DNA of 64,000 nt from contig CM059430.1 of the NCBI GenBank assembly GCA_030390025.1, forward strand, positions 52,080,001-52,144,000, read 5' to 3'. Made by a program: the position numbers and the translations under genes. Position 1 is the first letter of the stretch. The number at the start of each line of letters is the position of its first letter. This document shows positions 1 to 11,432 of this stretch, piece by piece. A model generated the notes under the pieces. It did no database searches. It was given only the letters and a program-made list of their open reading frames with translations, and was not told where the DNA came from. This stretch comes from Squalus acanthias (Eukaryota).

Positions 1-1362
1 TAGTTATTCTTGCGAACAAAAACAAAAAAGGTAACATTTCAGTTAGATGTTGATTTTTGGATAGCTTGAAACCCAAGAAAGAAACCACTCTGTAAAGCTG
101 AGTTAATGCGAATGAAAAGCCCTGGCAATGCAAGAATGATTCCGAGACTATATGTACCCACTACCATTAGATCAGCAGATGAACGCTCGGTATGTTCCCG
201 ACTCCTTGTGCTATGTGCATGAGCAGCTTGGAAAATGACTTGTTCACCGAGATAATCAACATGTTCCATATTTAATGTGAATAAGAGTGGAGGGACTTGT
301 TGCCGCTGCACTGTATTAACCAGTGATATCCAACCTGCTGGTGAGTGGGGCGCATGAGGGCAAACTCAGCGAGGCTGCACTCCTGGTGCAGAGCCTTACA
401 AGAGGAGCGAGTGAGTCGGAGAGGCAGAGCTAGGTGGCGTTATGGCCCTGTCTCCAACTTGCCATTCTCGCCATGGGGCCTCACTGGAAATGAATGCAGC
501 TTGCTGTAGATGCCCTATTAGGTAATGCTTCCTGAGCCATGCCAGTGAGGTATACTGGCAACAGAGAGTTTGGTCTCCTGAAGAACATTCCCCTAACCGC
601 CCCCCCCTCCCCCCCACACACTTGCACATCCCGCACCCCCCACCTCCCCACCCCCAAGCAGGCTCCAGTTTAAGGGGCAAGATGTCCCACCTATTGAAAC
701 AAATACAGGTACTGTGGGACAAGGGGGAAATGCACCCTATGCCCATGGAATGGACCTGCTAAGGGACACCAAGATGCCAACTAGCCCTTAGCTTAGGGGC
801 AAGATTCACCACTGGACCATTCCCAAGGTGATTATTTTTGAGGGGAACAATTTGCTGCTTAAATAATCCACAAAGTGCCTCTTTTCTCCTGAGAATACTG
901 TTGGTCTGATTTTCAGTCGCCTTTAACATACCTTGAACAAAGAAAGCAGGGAGTGTTCTCACCAGTTGGTGAACCACACTGATTACTGTAATCCTAAACC
1001 CTGTAATTATACAGTCCAACCTGTACACACTAAAAAAGGACCTCACACAAAGGCACAATTGAAGGAAGAAAAAAGAGAGCCAATAAGTTAAAAACAGTTA
1101 TCCAGTTACCCTAGTGCAATATACAAAATTAATGTGGTGCAACTAGATTAAGAATCAAGAGCAAACTGGGTTTATGACACACAAAGTAGTCAGGAGTTTA
1201 CAGTAATGGGCGTGCACGCTGATGATATAATTGATATTATTTGTCAGGTGTCATATTCTCCTGAGGGGAACTACAGGCTATCCAATACTCAGGTAGTGAC
1301 TGTGACTATACTACTGTACTGTCAGTCAGTATGTAGCACATGGTATCTCAATACCCTGCCCA

Positions 1363-1482
1363 TCAGTGTGTGCTTACTGTAAGTGTCAGCCTGGATTATG
1401 TGCTCAAGTCTGTGGAATGAGGCTTGAGCTCACAACCTTCTGACTCAGAGGCGAGAGTGCTACCAACTGAGCCACGGCTGAC
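1363..1482 (-). mobile_element. tRNA-derived head of a Deu-domain SINE (SacSINE1-like), fragment
   Basis: Reverse complement of GTGGCTCAGTTGGTAGCACTCTCGCCTCTGAGTCAGAAGGTTG, as in the 60.6-kb copy. Confidence 0.8.
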
Positions 1483-1747
1483 ACTGGGAACAAGTTTCAA
1501 ATGTTGTTTGAGATGAAGCTTTTGTCTTTTCAGATGACGTCGCCCCTTCAAGAAAGTATTTTGATGCAATACTCACCAGTCCTTTCTCCGCTTTGCAGGT
1601 GAGCTATTATTACAGATGTTCCATGCCCTGGATGCATATCTCCATCAGCGGAATCACCCACACTCCATCATTTGTAGAGGCAGCAATTATAAATGGGACA
1701 ATTTAGGGGATATTCATTTGCCCCATCTCCAGAGATTGAACGCCTAA

Positions 1748-2030
1748 TCATAGAATCTTACAGCACGAAAGGAGATCATTCGGCCCATCGTGCCCGTGCC
1801 GGCTTTTTGAAAGAGCTATCCAATTAGTCCCACTCCGTCTGCTCTTTCCCCATAGCCCTGGTTTTTTTCCCCCATTTTAATTTACATATCCACTTCCCTT
1901 TTGAAAATTAAGAACAATCTAATGAACCTTCATTGCACCCCCTCTAAAGCAAGTATATCCTTCCTTAGGCAAGGAAACCAAAACTGCACACAGTACTCCA
2001 GGTGTGGTCTCACCAAAGCCCTGCATAATT
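1748..2030 (-). mobile_element. CR1 LINE 3' fragments
   Basis: CR1 3' UTR, plus the reverse complement of the [13 protein letters not shown] coding segment. Confidence 0.75.
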
Positions 2031-2472
2031 GCAGCGAATGAGAAATCAGGAGCATCCTCAGTCAAGTCCAGCAAGGCAGCCCTGGGATTGAAGCCCACAA
2101 CCAGCCAATTGGCCACAGGAGTCACTCGGGTACTGCCAGTTCTCAGCTGGACCACGTGGGCATCACCCTAACATTCTATCCTTCTTATGGAAACACACCA
2201 CATACCAACCTCTCTATGGAGCAGCATAGGTGCCAAAAAACCATGGGGGAAGCCCATGGAATTTCCAACCACATCAAGGAGAGCACCATAAAGTTTTAAA
2301 AGAGCAGGAGGTGGAATTTGGACAACAAAATAGTAAACAACAAAGAGATCCGATTGAAACTTTGCTCGAGTTTCACAGGAACGTTATAGTGGAACATCTT
2401 GTCCTGATGATCAGAAATATAATGGATCGATTTCAGTCTCAGTCTTTTATACACTTGTACCCTGGGGCTTAC

Positions 2473-2544
2473 CTTTTTGTCCAGTTTTCTTCCAGCCATG
2501 CTGAGGGTGATTACTCTATTATCTGAGATTTCTTGGGCACTTAT
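2473..2544 (-). CDS. CPNE2: Copine-2 coding exon 4 (72 nt, start of the C2B domain); the gene continues beyond the left edge
   Basis: Translates ISAQEISDNRVITLSMAGRKLDKK. ctttacAG acceptor, GTAAGC donor. The next expected exon (DLFGKSDPFLE...) was not found in 1-2472. Confidence 0.93.
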
Positions 2545-3149
2545 CTGTAAAGACAGGAGGAGAAGATGCATTAGCATTTCATTTTTAAATTTATTCAGCT
2601 GGTTGCCTACCAACGCATCTGCTGGACAGCAGGTGGGTGACGTTCTAACACCTTAGAACTCATACCAGCATAAAGCACACTTGTGGAGGAGCTGGAATGA
2701 AGTCAAGGTGTACAATTCAAGGGATCACACCTCAATATTTGTGCTAGAGTGTAGATCGACCAGCTTCAGTAGGGCAAAAATTTGCTTCTGTAATTCTAAA
2801 CAATATATAATTTTCTTCTATATTTTTCTCCTCCACATATTCTCCCCAAATCATGCACTGTTCCCCAGGCAGGCAGCTGACCTGGAATGGATAAATGTAT
2901 ACATTGGGCATTAAGTGATAGCATCAAGCACACCCAGATCAGTCATAAAATGACCCGATGAAGAGTGAAGCTTCCTCCGCTGTCCCTGACTATATTTCTT
3001 CCCCCCACCCCAAGTACTAATTCACTGGGTTAGAAGCTCAATACAATAGATCTGGAGAGACTGGTCAAGGCAGACAATCCACTTGGGCTGTCTCCTTCAC
3101 CAAGTCGGTATGCTTTGTACATCTTGGTTTAACAGTTTATTTTGCCTTA

Positions 3150-3536
<387 letters not shown>

Positions 3537-3850
3537 TCAGAGAAGAGCAAATACAAAAGGAAGGGTTTCATTTTCGGCAATGTCATAACACAGAAGCAAT
3601 CATATGACAGACATTTATTTCCTGATGTAATGTACACTGGTGAACAGGTAACAGAAAATCATGTTTGCTGACATATCAAGCTTAACTTTTGTGTTGCAAA
3701 AGATAGAGACGAGGGAGGCTATTTAGTCCATCCACCTCGTCCTTCCATAAAGACATCATAACATCTGCCTTTTGCATGAATCTGGAGGGTTTTGCTTCAA
3801 CTACCCTGAAGACCATTCTAGGTACAGATCACACTGTATGAAGAAGTGCT

Positions 3851-3920
3851 TCACTTGCCTTTTACCAGTTTGTACCCAGGTGACCTCACTTGCCTTTTAC
3901 CAGTTTGTACCCAGGTGACC
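3851..3920. repeat. Perfect 35-bp tandem duplication inside an old LINE remnant
   Basis: tcacttgccttttaccagtttgtacccaggtgacc occurs twice, at 3851 and 3886. Confidence 0.9.
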
Positions 3921-4054
3921 TTATCCTACAGCCCTGGTTTAAATTGATTAGTGCTCAGAACGGTCGTTTTACTTTTGGAAAACAAATTCCTAGTTACTGA
4001 CAAAACAAATTCAATAGTTGCATCTTCTTGTACCACTGCTGTTTGGCCTATATA

Positions 4055-4255
4055 GGTCTGGTCTGTACGTGACGGCAATCCCACACCAACATGACTGACT
4101 CTTAACTGTTCACTGAAGTGATCTCGCAAACCACTCAGTTGTATTAAATTACTACCAATGGCGCAAAAAGTTGGCCCACCACCACCTTCTCAGAGCAACT
4201 TGAGATGGGCAATAAATGCAGCCTTGCCTGTGACGCCCACATCTAGAGAATAAAT
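4055..4255 (+). mobile_element. 3' part of a SINE that shares the GGCAATAAATGC...GCCCACATC LINE tail
   Basis: Similar to 17140-17320 and to the tail of the LINE at 14811. Confidence 0.7.
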
Positions 4256-4419
4256 TATACTTTAAAAAAAATGAAACTCTCGTGTATGAATATCTATTAT
4301 TGTGCCTTATCCCTCAAGTTAAGGGATCCAATATGAATTTTCCATCTAAATCAAACACCAGAAACCAGAACTTCAGTAATTTTTCAGTATTCTAATTATA
4401 AGTAATTTGTTTGAAGTCA

Positions 4420-5172
4420 GGTTCCAGCCAACTTAACGATGATAACCGGATTTTCCGATCGGAGGCTTCCTGCGTGCGGATGCCTCCGATCTGGAAAAAT
4501 CTACAAACTTACCTGCTGGCTCCGTAGGTCCCAAGACTTCCGATCCTGGGCCTCTCCTGGTCCGCGTGCGCAGAGGCCCAGGTATCCCAGGGGCGCAGGC
4601 GGTTCGCAAGCGTCCCTGGGATCACGTGGGCCATGGGGAACCAATCAAAGAAGGGAATCCCCCTTCACACTTTTGACAGGTCTCTCCGCATAGATCTGTC
4701 AAAAGTATGAATGGGGATCACTCAAAAAACAGATAAACGTTAAATAATTTTTTTTTCTTTAAATCACGTATTTAAAATTAGTTAAAATTACATTCAATTA
4801 AATATTTTAAACAAAAATTTAATTTTTTGAAAATAATAATTAAAGTTTTTTACGGGGCTAAAAATAAACTTACCTTTTTTAAAAAGTATTTTTAAATTAT
4901 AAATGAGTGAATTTAAAAATTCTTTTTTTTTAACTTTTTTAAAAGATTTTTTAAAGGTTTTCAGCGGGTGGATGCTGTGCAGAAAGCAGAACTCTCCACC
5001 CGCAGAGGTCCTTCTCCCGGGCAGGCGGAGAATCTGTCAAGAGGATTCTTGACAGATCGGAAGTGTTGGTTTTCAGCACGTGCGCTTTGCATGCCTGAAA
5101 CCGGCACTTGCGAGGCCCCTACGGGTGCGTACTCAGCTCGTACACACCCGTGGGGGTCGGAAAATACGGGCC
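4420..5172. mobile_element. Non-autonomous DNA transposon (Harbinger-type MITE) related to the foldback element at 61813; left end uncertain
   Basis: Right end GGAAAATACGGGCC. Shares GGGATCACGTG..CCAAT, an AT-rich block, AAATAAACTTACC and GAAACCGGCACTTG with 61813-62520. Confidence 0.6.
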
Positions 5173-5179
5173 ATAATGA

Positions 5180-5388
5180 TGGAACTCACTACCATGTGGA
5201 GCGGTTGAGGTGAGTAGTATAGATGCATTTAAAGGGAAGCTCAATAGGTACATGATGGAGAAAGGAATAGGATATGTTGATAGGGTGAGATGAAGCAAGG
5301 TGGGAGAGAGCTCGTGTGGAACATAAACACCAGCATAGACCTGTTGCACCGAATGGCCTGTTTCTGTGCTATAAATTCTATGTAATGT
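5180..5388 (+). mobile_element. CR1 LINE 3' end
   Basis: TGGAACTCACTACC...GAATGGCCTGTTTCTGTGCT...TTCTATGT, as in other CR1 tails in the window. Confidence 0.8.
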
Positions 5389-5999
5389 ATGGAAATTTAT
5401 TTTACTTACATCTGCTTGGTTTATTGCTCCTGTGTGACTGACTCCCAGCCCTGATCCTCCCAGCCCCAACTCTCCATTAGCTGCAGCAGACCAAGTTCCA
5501 ATGTGGCTTCTCCTTCCTCACCACCCCCACCGAGGTCCAACTGCACTTCAGTTTCTACTTCATGGCCATGTATTATGTCGCCCTTAGCCCCTACAGCTCT
5601 CCTAAATGCCGCCATTTTTAAATGAATTACTGTAGCCCACATTTGCTTTGGCTCCACTCTTTCCTTTCCATACCTGTTATTTTTCAGCTGCTGCGTCTCT
5701 TTCTCTCCCCCCTCCCTCTCTTTGGAAAGGATTTCCAAATAGTTAGAGGCTACTTACTTCTCCTTCCCCATACTGTCTGACCTGCGGCTGATTCTTCTTT
5801 CCCATCTCCCACTGTCCCTTTTAAAATTAGGTACTGCAGCCCACAGCCCCTTCTACTCCTCTCCATTCTCTGCAATGTCTTCCAGCTGAATACATTCGAA
5901 AGGTGAAGAAACTGTTAATTAAAAACCACTTTTACCATTTGACTGAAACAGTCTGAAACTCGGTGCGTTGCCCAGACAGTGAAGCGGTTGTTCACCTAC

Positions 6000-6170
6000 C
6001 TCTGACCATTTTCCATTGATATCCATGAACACTACACAGAATGGGTCAGATTTAGATGTGACATCCCTGTCTAAAAGATTCTGGCCGGACACAGATAACT
6101 CCACTTTACAGGCACAGTACTGGACCGAGCCGACAAGGGCTGCAGGAGCTGGGGTTAGAGTATACGCCAT
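6000..6170 (-). CDS. CPNE2: Copine-2, first coding exon (start codon, beginning of the C2A domain); the exon extends to 6193 as 5' UTR
   Basis: Translates [57 protein letters not shown], closely matching the CPNE2 N-terminus ([30 protein letters not shown]). Acceptor tccacAG ends at 6194; donor GTAGGT starts at 5999. Confidence 0.95.
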
Positions 6171-6905
6171 GTAGCCGATTCACGCAGACCAATCTGTGGA
6201 TTTAAGAGAGAAATAAAATGACACCAAGTAAGTTATCTTACAATGTTCAACAGTGACCACATAGTGATATCAAAACACAACAAATTTGCAGGATCCATGT
6301 GGCTTTTCCTCTGTGGACACCAAGAACTTAGAGGAATGCTAAAAGCAGTTATGACATCAGGTTACCGAGGTGGCCACATTTTTACTCACGAGATAATCAT
6401 GCCTTACACATTCAACCAACAAACCACCTCATATCTTTCGCATTCCATCTCCATTTAACCTTCTTGGCCTCACAATCTCTTCGGTTCACAAATGGAACTC
6501 CCACTTTTCCTTCAGTTGCTGAAGTTGCCTCTAAAAAGCGGTTTTCCTCTTTCGTGTCAAACGCTTCTATTCTGCTCAAAAACTCAACTCTCAGTGTGCC
6601 CAAGATTTCAATCCCTGTTCTTTTAGATTTGGGGAGGCTCTTCTAGCAGCTCTTGCTCTCCTGCACATATCCAATAAAAGGTGACCCTTCTCTCATATCT
6701 AGCCTCCAGCATCTCCTTTGCATTACAATTTTCCGCATAAATGTGCTCCTCTGACTTTCCTTTTTGTTGCTTCTCAGTCCCAACTACCATCATCCTACAC
6801 ATTCTTCCACTTTCCAGCATTCTCACGATGTTGAAATCATGACTTATTGCACTGCCATCCATTTAACCAATTCTCTCGCAGGACCTCATAATTACTGAAC
6901 TCCTT

Positions 6906-7166
6906 GGGGGGGATTTTAACCCCAAAGAACGGGTGGGTTGGGGTTGATGGAAGGTTAAAGACTTAAAAAGCTGAATCTCGACCCCAACCCGCCTACTTCC
7001 AGATTTAACAGAAGCAGGACGGGGTTGGGGGGGGGGGGCGGATTGGACACCCCACGACCACCCTTCCGATCTCCCGCGAGGCTTCTGACCCATACGGTCT
7101 GACCTGTGGCTGATTCTTTCCAGCTCCCCCCCACTCCCAGCCCACCTCCAAATTAAAATTCCGGCT
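6906..7166. mobile_element. Harbinger-type MITE
   Basis: Ends GGGGGGGATTTTAA and TTAAAATTCCGGCT with a 3-bp TSD CTT. The left end matches the terminus of the Harbinger ending at 57153. Confidence 0.75.
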
Positions 7167-7239
7167 CTTATTTCTGTTGATCTTTCTCTTCTCTTGCAAT
7201 TCATGCATTCGTTCCTTAAATGTAAATTGTAACAGTTAT

Positions 7240-10023
7240 ACATTCCTTTCTGGCGCAAAAACACAAAAAGGAAAAGCAGCCCAACCATGGCGAACTAAAG
7301 AAATTAAGGATAGTATTAAAGAGGAGTCATATAAAGTTGCCAGAAAAAGTAGCAAGCCAGAGGATTGGGAGCAGTTTAGAGTTCAGCAAAAAAGGACCAA
7401 GAGATTGATTAAGAGGGGAAAAATAGAGCATGAGAGTAAACTTGCAAGGAACATAAAAGCGGATTGTAAAAGCTTCTACAAGTATGTAAAAAGAAAACAA
7501 TTAGTGAAGACAAATGTAGGTCCCTTACAGTCAGAAACGGGAGAATTTATAATGGGGAACAAGGAAATGACAGAGCAATTAAACAAATACTTTGGTTCTG
7601 GCTTCACAGAAGAGGACACAAATAACTTCCCAGAAATGCTAGGGAACCAAGGGGGAAAAATTCAGCTGCTTGCGCCTCCCGTTAGCGCCTTAAGAGGGCG
7701 CTAATGGGGCGTAAAGCAGCTAACGCCCGGGCGCAGCGCCGCCCACGCCTCCCGAAAAATTTAGTGGGAGGTTAGCGGCGGCGGCAGCCGGTAGCGCCCT
7801 GTGGCGCTGCGCCGCCGGCGATGACGTCATCGCCGTGCGCAGCACCCCGCTCGCGCCCCGGCCGTGATCTTCAGTCGCGCCCCCTGATTTACCGCCAGAC
7901 GCTATGTCCGACGGGTTCAGGGAGGCGTACGTGCGGCCGGGGCGGCGATATTTAAAGCGGAGGTGGCAGGCGGCCATTTTTGTTGCTGGCCGCCTGCCAG
8001 CACCTGCCCCCGGCCCCCGTGAAGCCCCCCCACCGTGAAGTGCCGGCTGCGCTCCATGAGCCCGGCACTTCTCTTGAGTGCCGGGCTCTTTTGCCGGCAC
8101 TCCCGATCCCTGGGGGCCCAGCTGGGCCCCAGTTCGCGCTGCGCAGGGTCCCTCCCCTTTAAGAAGGGGAGGAAGGCCTGCAATACCACGGCGCGACGTG
8201 CCGCAGCGCCGCACGTAGCGCCAGGATATTCACTCGCAGTGCCCCAAGAGGGATGCGGGCTGCTTCCAGTTGCGCCCCGCTTCCCTCTTGGGGCGCAACC
8301 ACTGAAGTTCCGGCGCGGGGCCGCTAATTTTTTCGGGGCGCTAAAAGTCGCGCCCCGGCGAGGTTAGTGCCCCAAATGGGGCGCGACTCAATTTTTACCC
8401 CCAAGGGTCTAGTGAGAAGGAGGAATTAAAGGTAATTAGTATTCGTAAAAAAAAGTGCTGGAGAAATTAATGGGACTGAAAGCCGATAAATCCCCAGGGC
8501 CTGATAATCTGCATCCCAGAGTACTAAAAGAGGTTGCCATGGAAATAGTGGATGCATTGGTTGTCATCTTCCAAAATTCTACAGATTATGGAACAGTTCC
8601 TGCAGATTGGAGGGTGGCAAATGTAACCCCACTATTAAAAGAGGGAGAGAGAAAACAGGGAACTAGATTGGTTAGCCTAACATCAGTAGTAGGGAAAATG
8701 CTAGAGTCTAAAGGGTGTGATAACAGGACACTTAGAAATTATCAACGGGATTAGACAAAGGAAACATGGATTTATGAAAGGGAAATCGTGTTTGACAAAC
8801 CTACTGGAGTTTCTTGAGGATGTAACTGGTAGAATAGATAAGGGAGAACCAGTGGATGTGGTGTATTTGGATTTTCAGAAGGCCTTTGATAAAGTCCCAC
8901 ATAAGAGGTTAGTGTGCAAAATTAAAGCACATGGGATTGGGGGTAATATACTGGCATGGATTGAAAATTGGTTAACAGACAGGAAACAGAGAGTAGGAAT
9001 AAATGGGTCTTTTTCGGGGTGGCAGGCGGTGACTAGTGGAGTACCGCAGGGATCAGTGCTTGGGCCCCAGCTATTCACAATATATATCAATTATTTGGAT
9101 GAGGGAACCAAATGTAATATTTCCAAGTTTGCTGACGACACGAAACTAGGTGGGATTGTGAGTTGTGAGGAGGATGCAAAGAGGCTTCAAGGCGATTTAG
9201 ACAAGTTGACTGAGTGGGCAAATACATGGCAGATGCAGTATAACGTGGATAAATGTGAAGTTATCCACTTCGGTAAGAAAAACAGGAAGGTAGAGTATTA
9301 TTTAAATTGTGCTAGATTGGGAAATGCTGATGTACAAAGGGACCTGGGTGTCCTTGTACACCAGTCACTGAAAGCAAACATGCAGGTGCAGCAAGCAGTT
9401 AGGAAGACAAATGGTAAGTTGGCCTTCATTGGAAGAGGATTTGAGTACAGAAGCAATGATGTTTTACTACAGTTGTACAGGGCCTTGGTGAGACCACACC
9501 TGGAGTACTGTGTGCAGTTTTGGTCTCCTTACCCAAGAAAGGATATACTTGCCATAGAGGGAGTGCAGCGAAGGTTCACCAGACTGATTCCTGGGATGGC
9601 AGGACTGTCGTATGAGGAGAGATTGGGTCGACTAGGCCTGTATTCACTAGAGTTTAGAAGAATGAGAGGGGATCTCATTGAAACGTATAAAATTCTGACA
9701 GGGCTAGACAGACAGGGGTTCTAGAACGAGGGGTCACAGTCTCAGGATACAGGGTAGGACATTTAGGACTGAGATGAGGAGAAATTTCTTCACTCAGAGG
9801 GTGGTGAACCTGTGAATTCTCTACCACAGAAGGCTGTGGAGGCCAAGTCACTGAATATATTTAAGGAGATAGATAGATTTCTAGACACAAAAGGCATCAA
9901 GGGGTATGGGGAGAGAGCGGGAATATGGTATTGAGATAGAGGATCAGCCATGATCATATTGAATGGCTCGAAGGGCCGAATGACCTACTCCTGCTCCTAT
10001 TTTTCTATGTTTCTATGTTTCTA
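7240..10023 (+). mobile_element. CR1 LINE, 5'-truncated, degenerate ORF2 (reverse transcriptase), interrupted by a MITE at 7651-8401
   Basis: ORFs 7177-7704, 8455-8754 and 8717-9724 contain KSPGPDNLHPR, YLDFQKAFDKV, GVPQGSVLGP and FADD. (TTCTATGT)n tail. Confidence 0.95.
7651..8401. mobile_element. GC/CpG-rich Harbinger-type MITE (751 bp)
   Basis: TIRs GGGGGAAAAATT and AATTTTTACCCC with TSD CAA (7648-7650, 8402-8404). Splits the CR1 coding sequence cleanly. Confidence 0.9.
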
Positions 10024-10864
10024 AACTCAAGCTGATTGTCCACTGATGACTACTTTCTCTCCAACCAGGGTGGTGGTGTGCATTAATATGGGCCTTGGCC
10101 TATCGTCTTACGTGCAGTAATGTTTATTATGGAAACAAGACTATTTTGAAGTGTGTTCAGGACTGTTTTCTCAGTCACTGTGTTGCTACTCTAAGAAGGA
10201 AGTGCCAGTTGACCAAGTTCTGGTCATGTAGCAGAGCAAGTAAGCGACCTAAAAGTAGAGGAACATTTGGGAAACGAGACCACAATATAATTAGATTCAG
10301 TATAAGGAAAGGAAAAAGAAATGGCACTTAAAACTGAAAAATTATAGTATGATAAAAAAGGGATCTTGCCCAGATTAAATGGAAGAAAATTTAGTAAATA
10401 GAACTGTAGATCAGCAATGGGCAGTATTGAAACAGGAAATGGAAAGGATACAAGTCAAGGGCATTCCAGTAAGGGAAAAGGAAGTGGGAGTGGTCCATGG
10501 ATGAATAGGAAGATTAGATCAAATTTGAAACTTTTTTTTTTTAAAGTGCTTACAGGATAGATTAAATGAAAGTCAGGACCAATATAAAGAAATTAGGAAA
10601 GCTACAAAAAAAAGGGAGATTGGAAAGGCTAAGTAGGAATACGAGAGAAAATTTGCAAAATACAAGAGGATAGTGAAGGTAGAGATGGGGCCTCTAAGAA
10701 GTAAAGGAGCAAGCTTGGAGATTGAGGGAATGACAGAGAAACTTTGTCGCTGTAACAGAGAAGGAGGTTATTGAGATTCTAGAGACACCATAGAATTGTT
10801 AGTGGAGGTTATTCTTCAAGAGAAATTGCACTAAAGTTACTCAAACTATAAGTACCCTTAAAAA

Positions 10865-11170
10865 CTCCATGCTCTTGCCATCAATTCCATCTCTCTCCTT
10901 GACCACTTTCTCAGGCTGAACCAGTCTGTTCGCAACCTCAGACTTCTCTTCGGCCTCGGTTTGAGCTATCGACCCCATATACTCTCTGTTCCGAAGACCA
11001 CCTACTTCCACCTCGTCTCTACCTCAGCCCATCTGCCGCTGAAACCTTCATCCATGAATTTCTCACCTCTAAACGCGACTGTTTCAACACTCTCTTAGCT
11101 GGCCTCCCATCCTCCACCCACTGAACTTCAATTCATCCAAAACTCTGCCGCCTATATCCTATCCCCCACT
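10865..11170 (+). mobile_element. L2 LINE fragment
   Basis: Homologous to 24640-24930 (AGGCTGAACCAG.CTGTTCGCAACCT..., CATCCAAAAC.CTGC). Confidence 0.75.
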
Positions 11171-11196
11171 GAGAGAGATATAGTAGCATTGTTACT

Positions 11197-11432
11197 GGTA
11201 CAGTAGTTATGTTACTGGACTAGTAATCCAGAGGCCTAGATTAATGATCCGGGGACATGAGTTCAAATCCCACCACAGCAGCTGGAGAATTTAAATTCAG
11301 TTAATTCAATAAATCTGGCATAAAAAGCTACTATGAAATTACCGGATTGTCGTAAAAACCCATCTGGTTCACTAATGTCCTTTGGGGAAGGAAACCTGAG
11401 ATCTTTACCTGGTCTGGCCGATATGTGACTCC
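11197..11432 (+). mobile_element. tRNA-derived SINE, 3'-truncated (same family as 16905)
   Basis: GTTATGTTACTGGACTAGTAATCCAGAGG...GTTCAAATCCCACC head, with a B-box-like GTTCAAATCC. Confidence 0.8.

Noticed and set aside
895-960. Possible next CPNE2 exon (KSD-like codons on the minus strand)
   Set aside because: It reads KSDQQ rather than FGKSDPFLE and has no matching splice sites.
7720-8367. Several overlapping GC-rich ORFs of up to 164 aa
   Set aside because: They lie wholly within a TIR/TSD-bounded MITE. The lack of stop codons reflects GC content, and there is no recognisable domain.
8717-9724. 335-aa reverse transcriptase ORF as a host gene or active element
   Set aside because: It belongs to a 5'-truncated, frameshifted CR1 ORF2 with a MITE insertion and an internal deletion.
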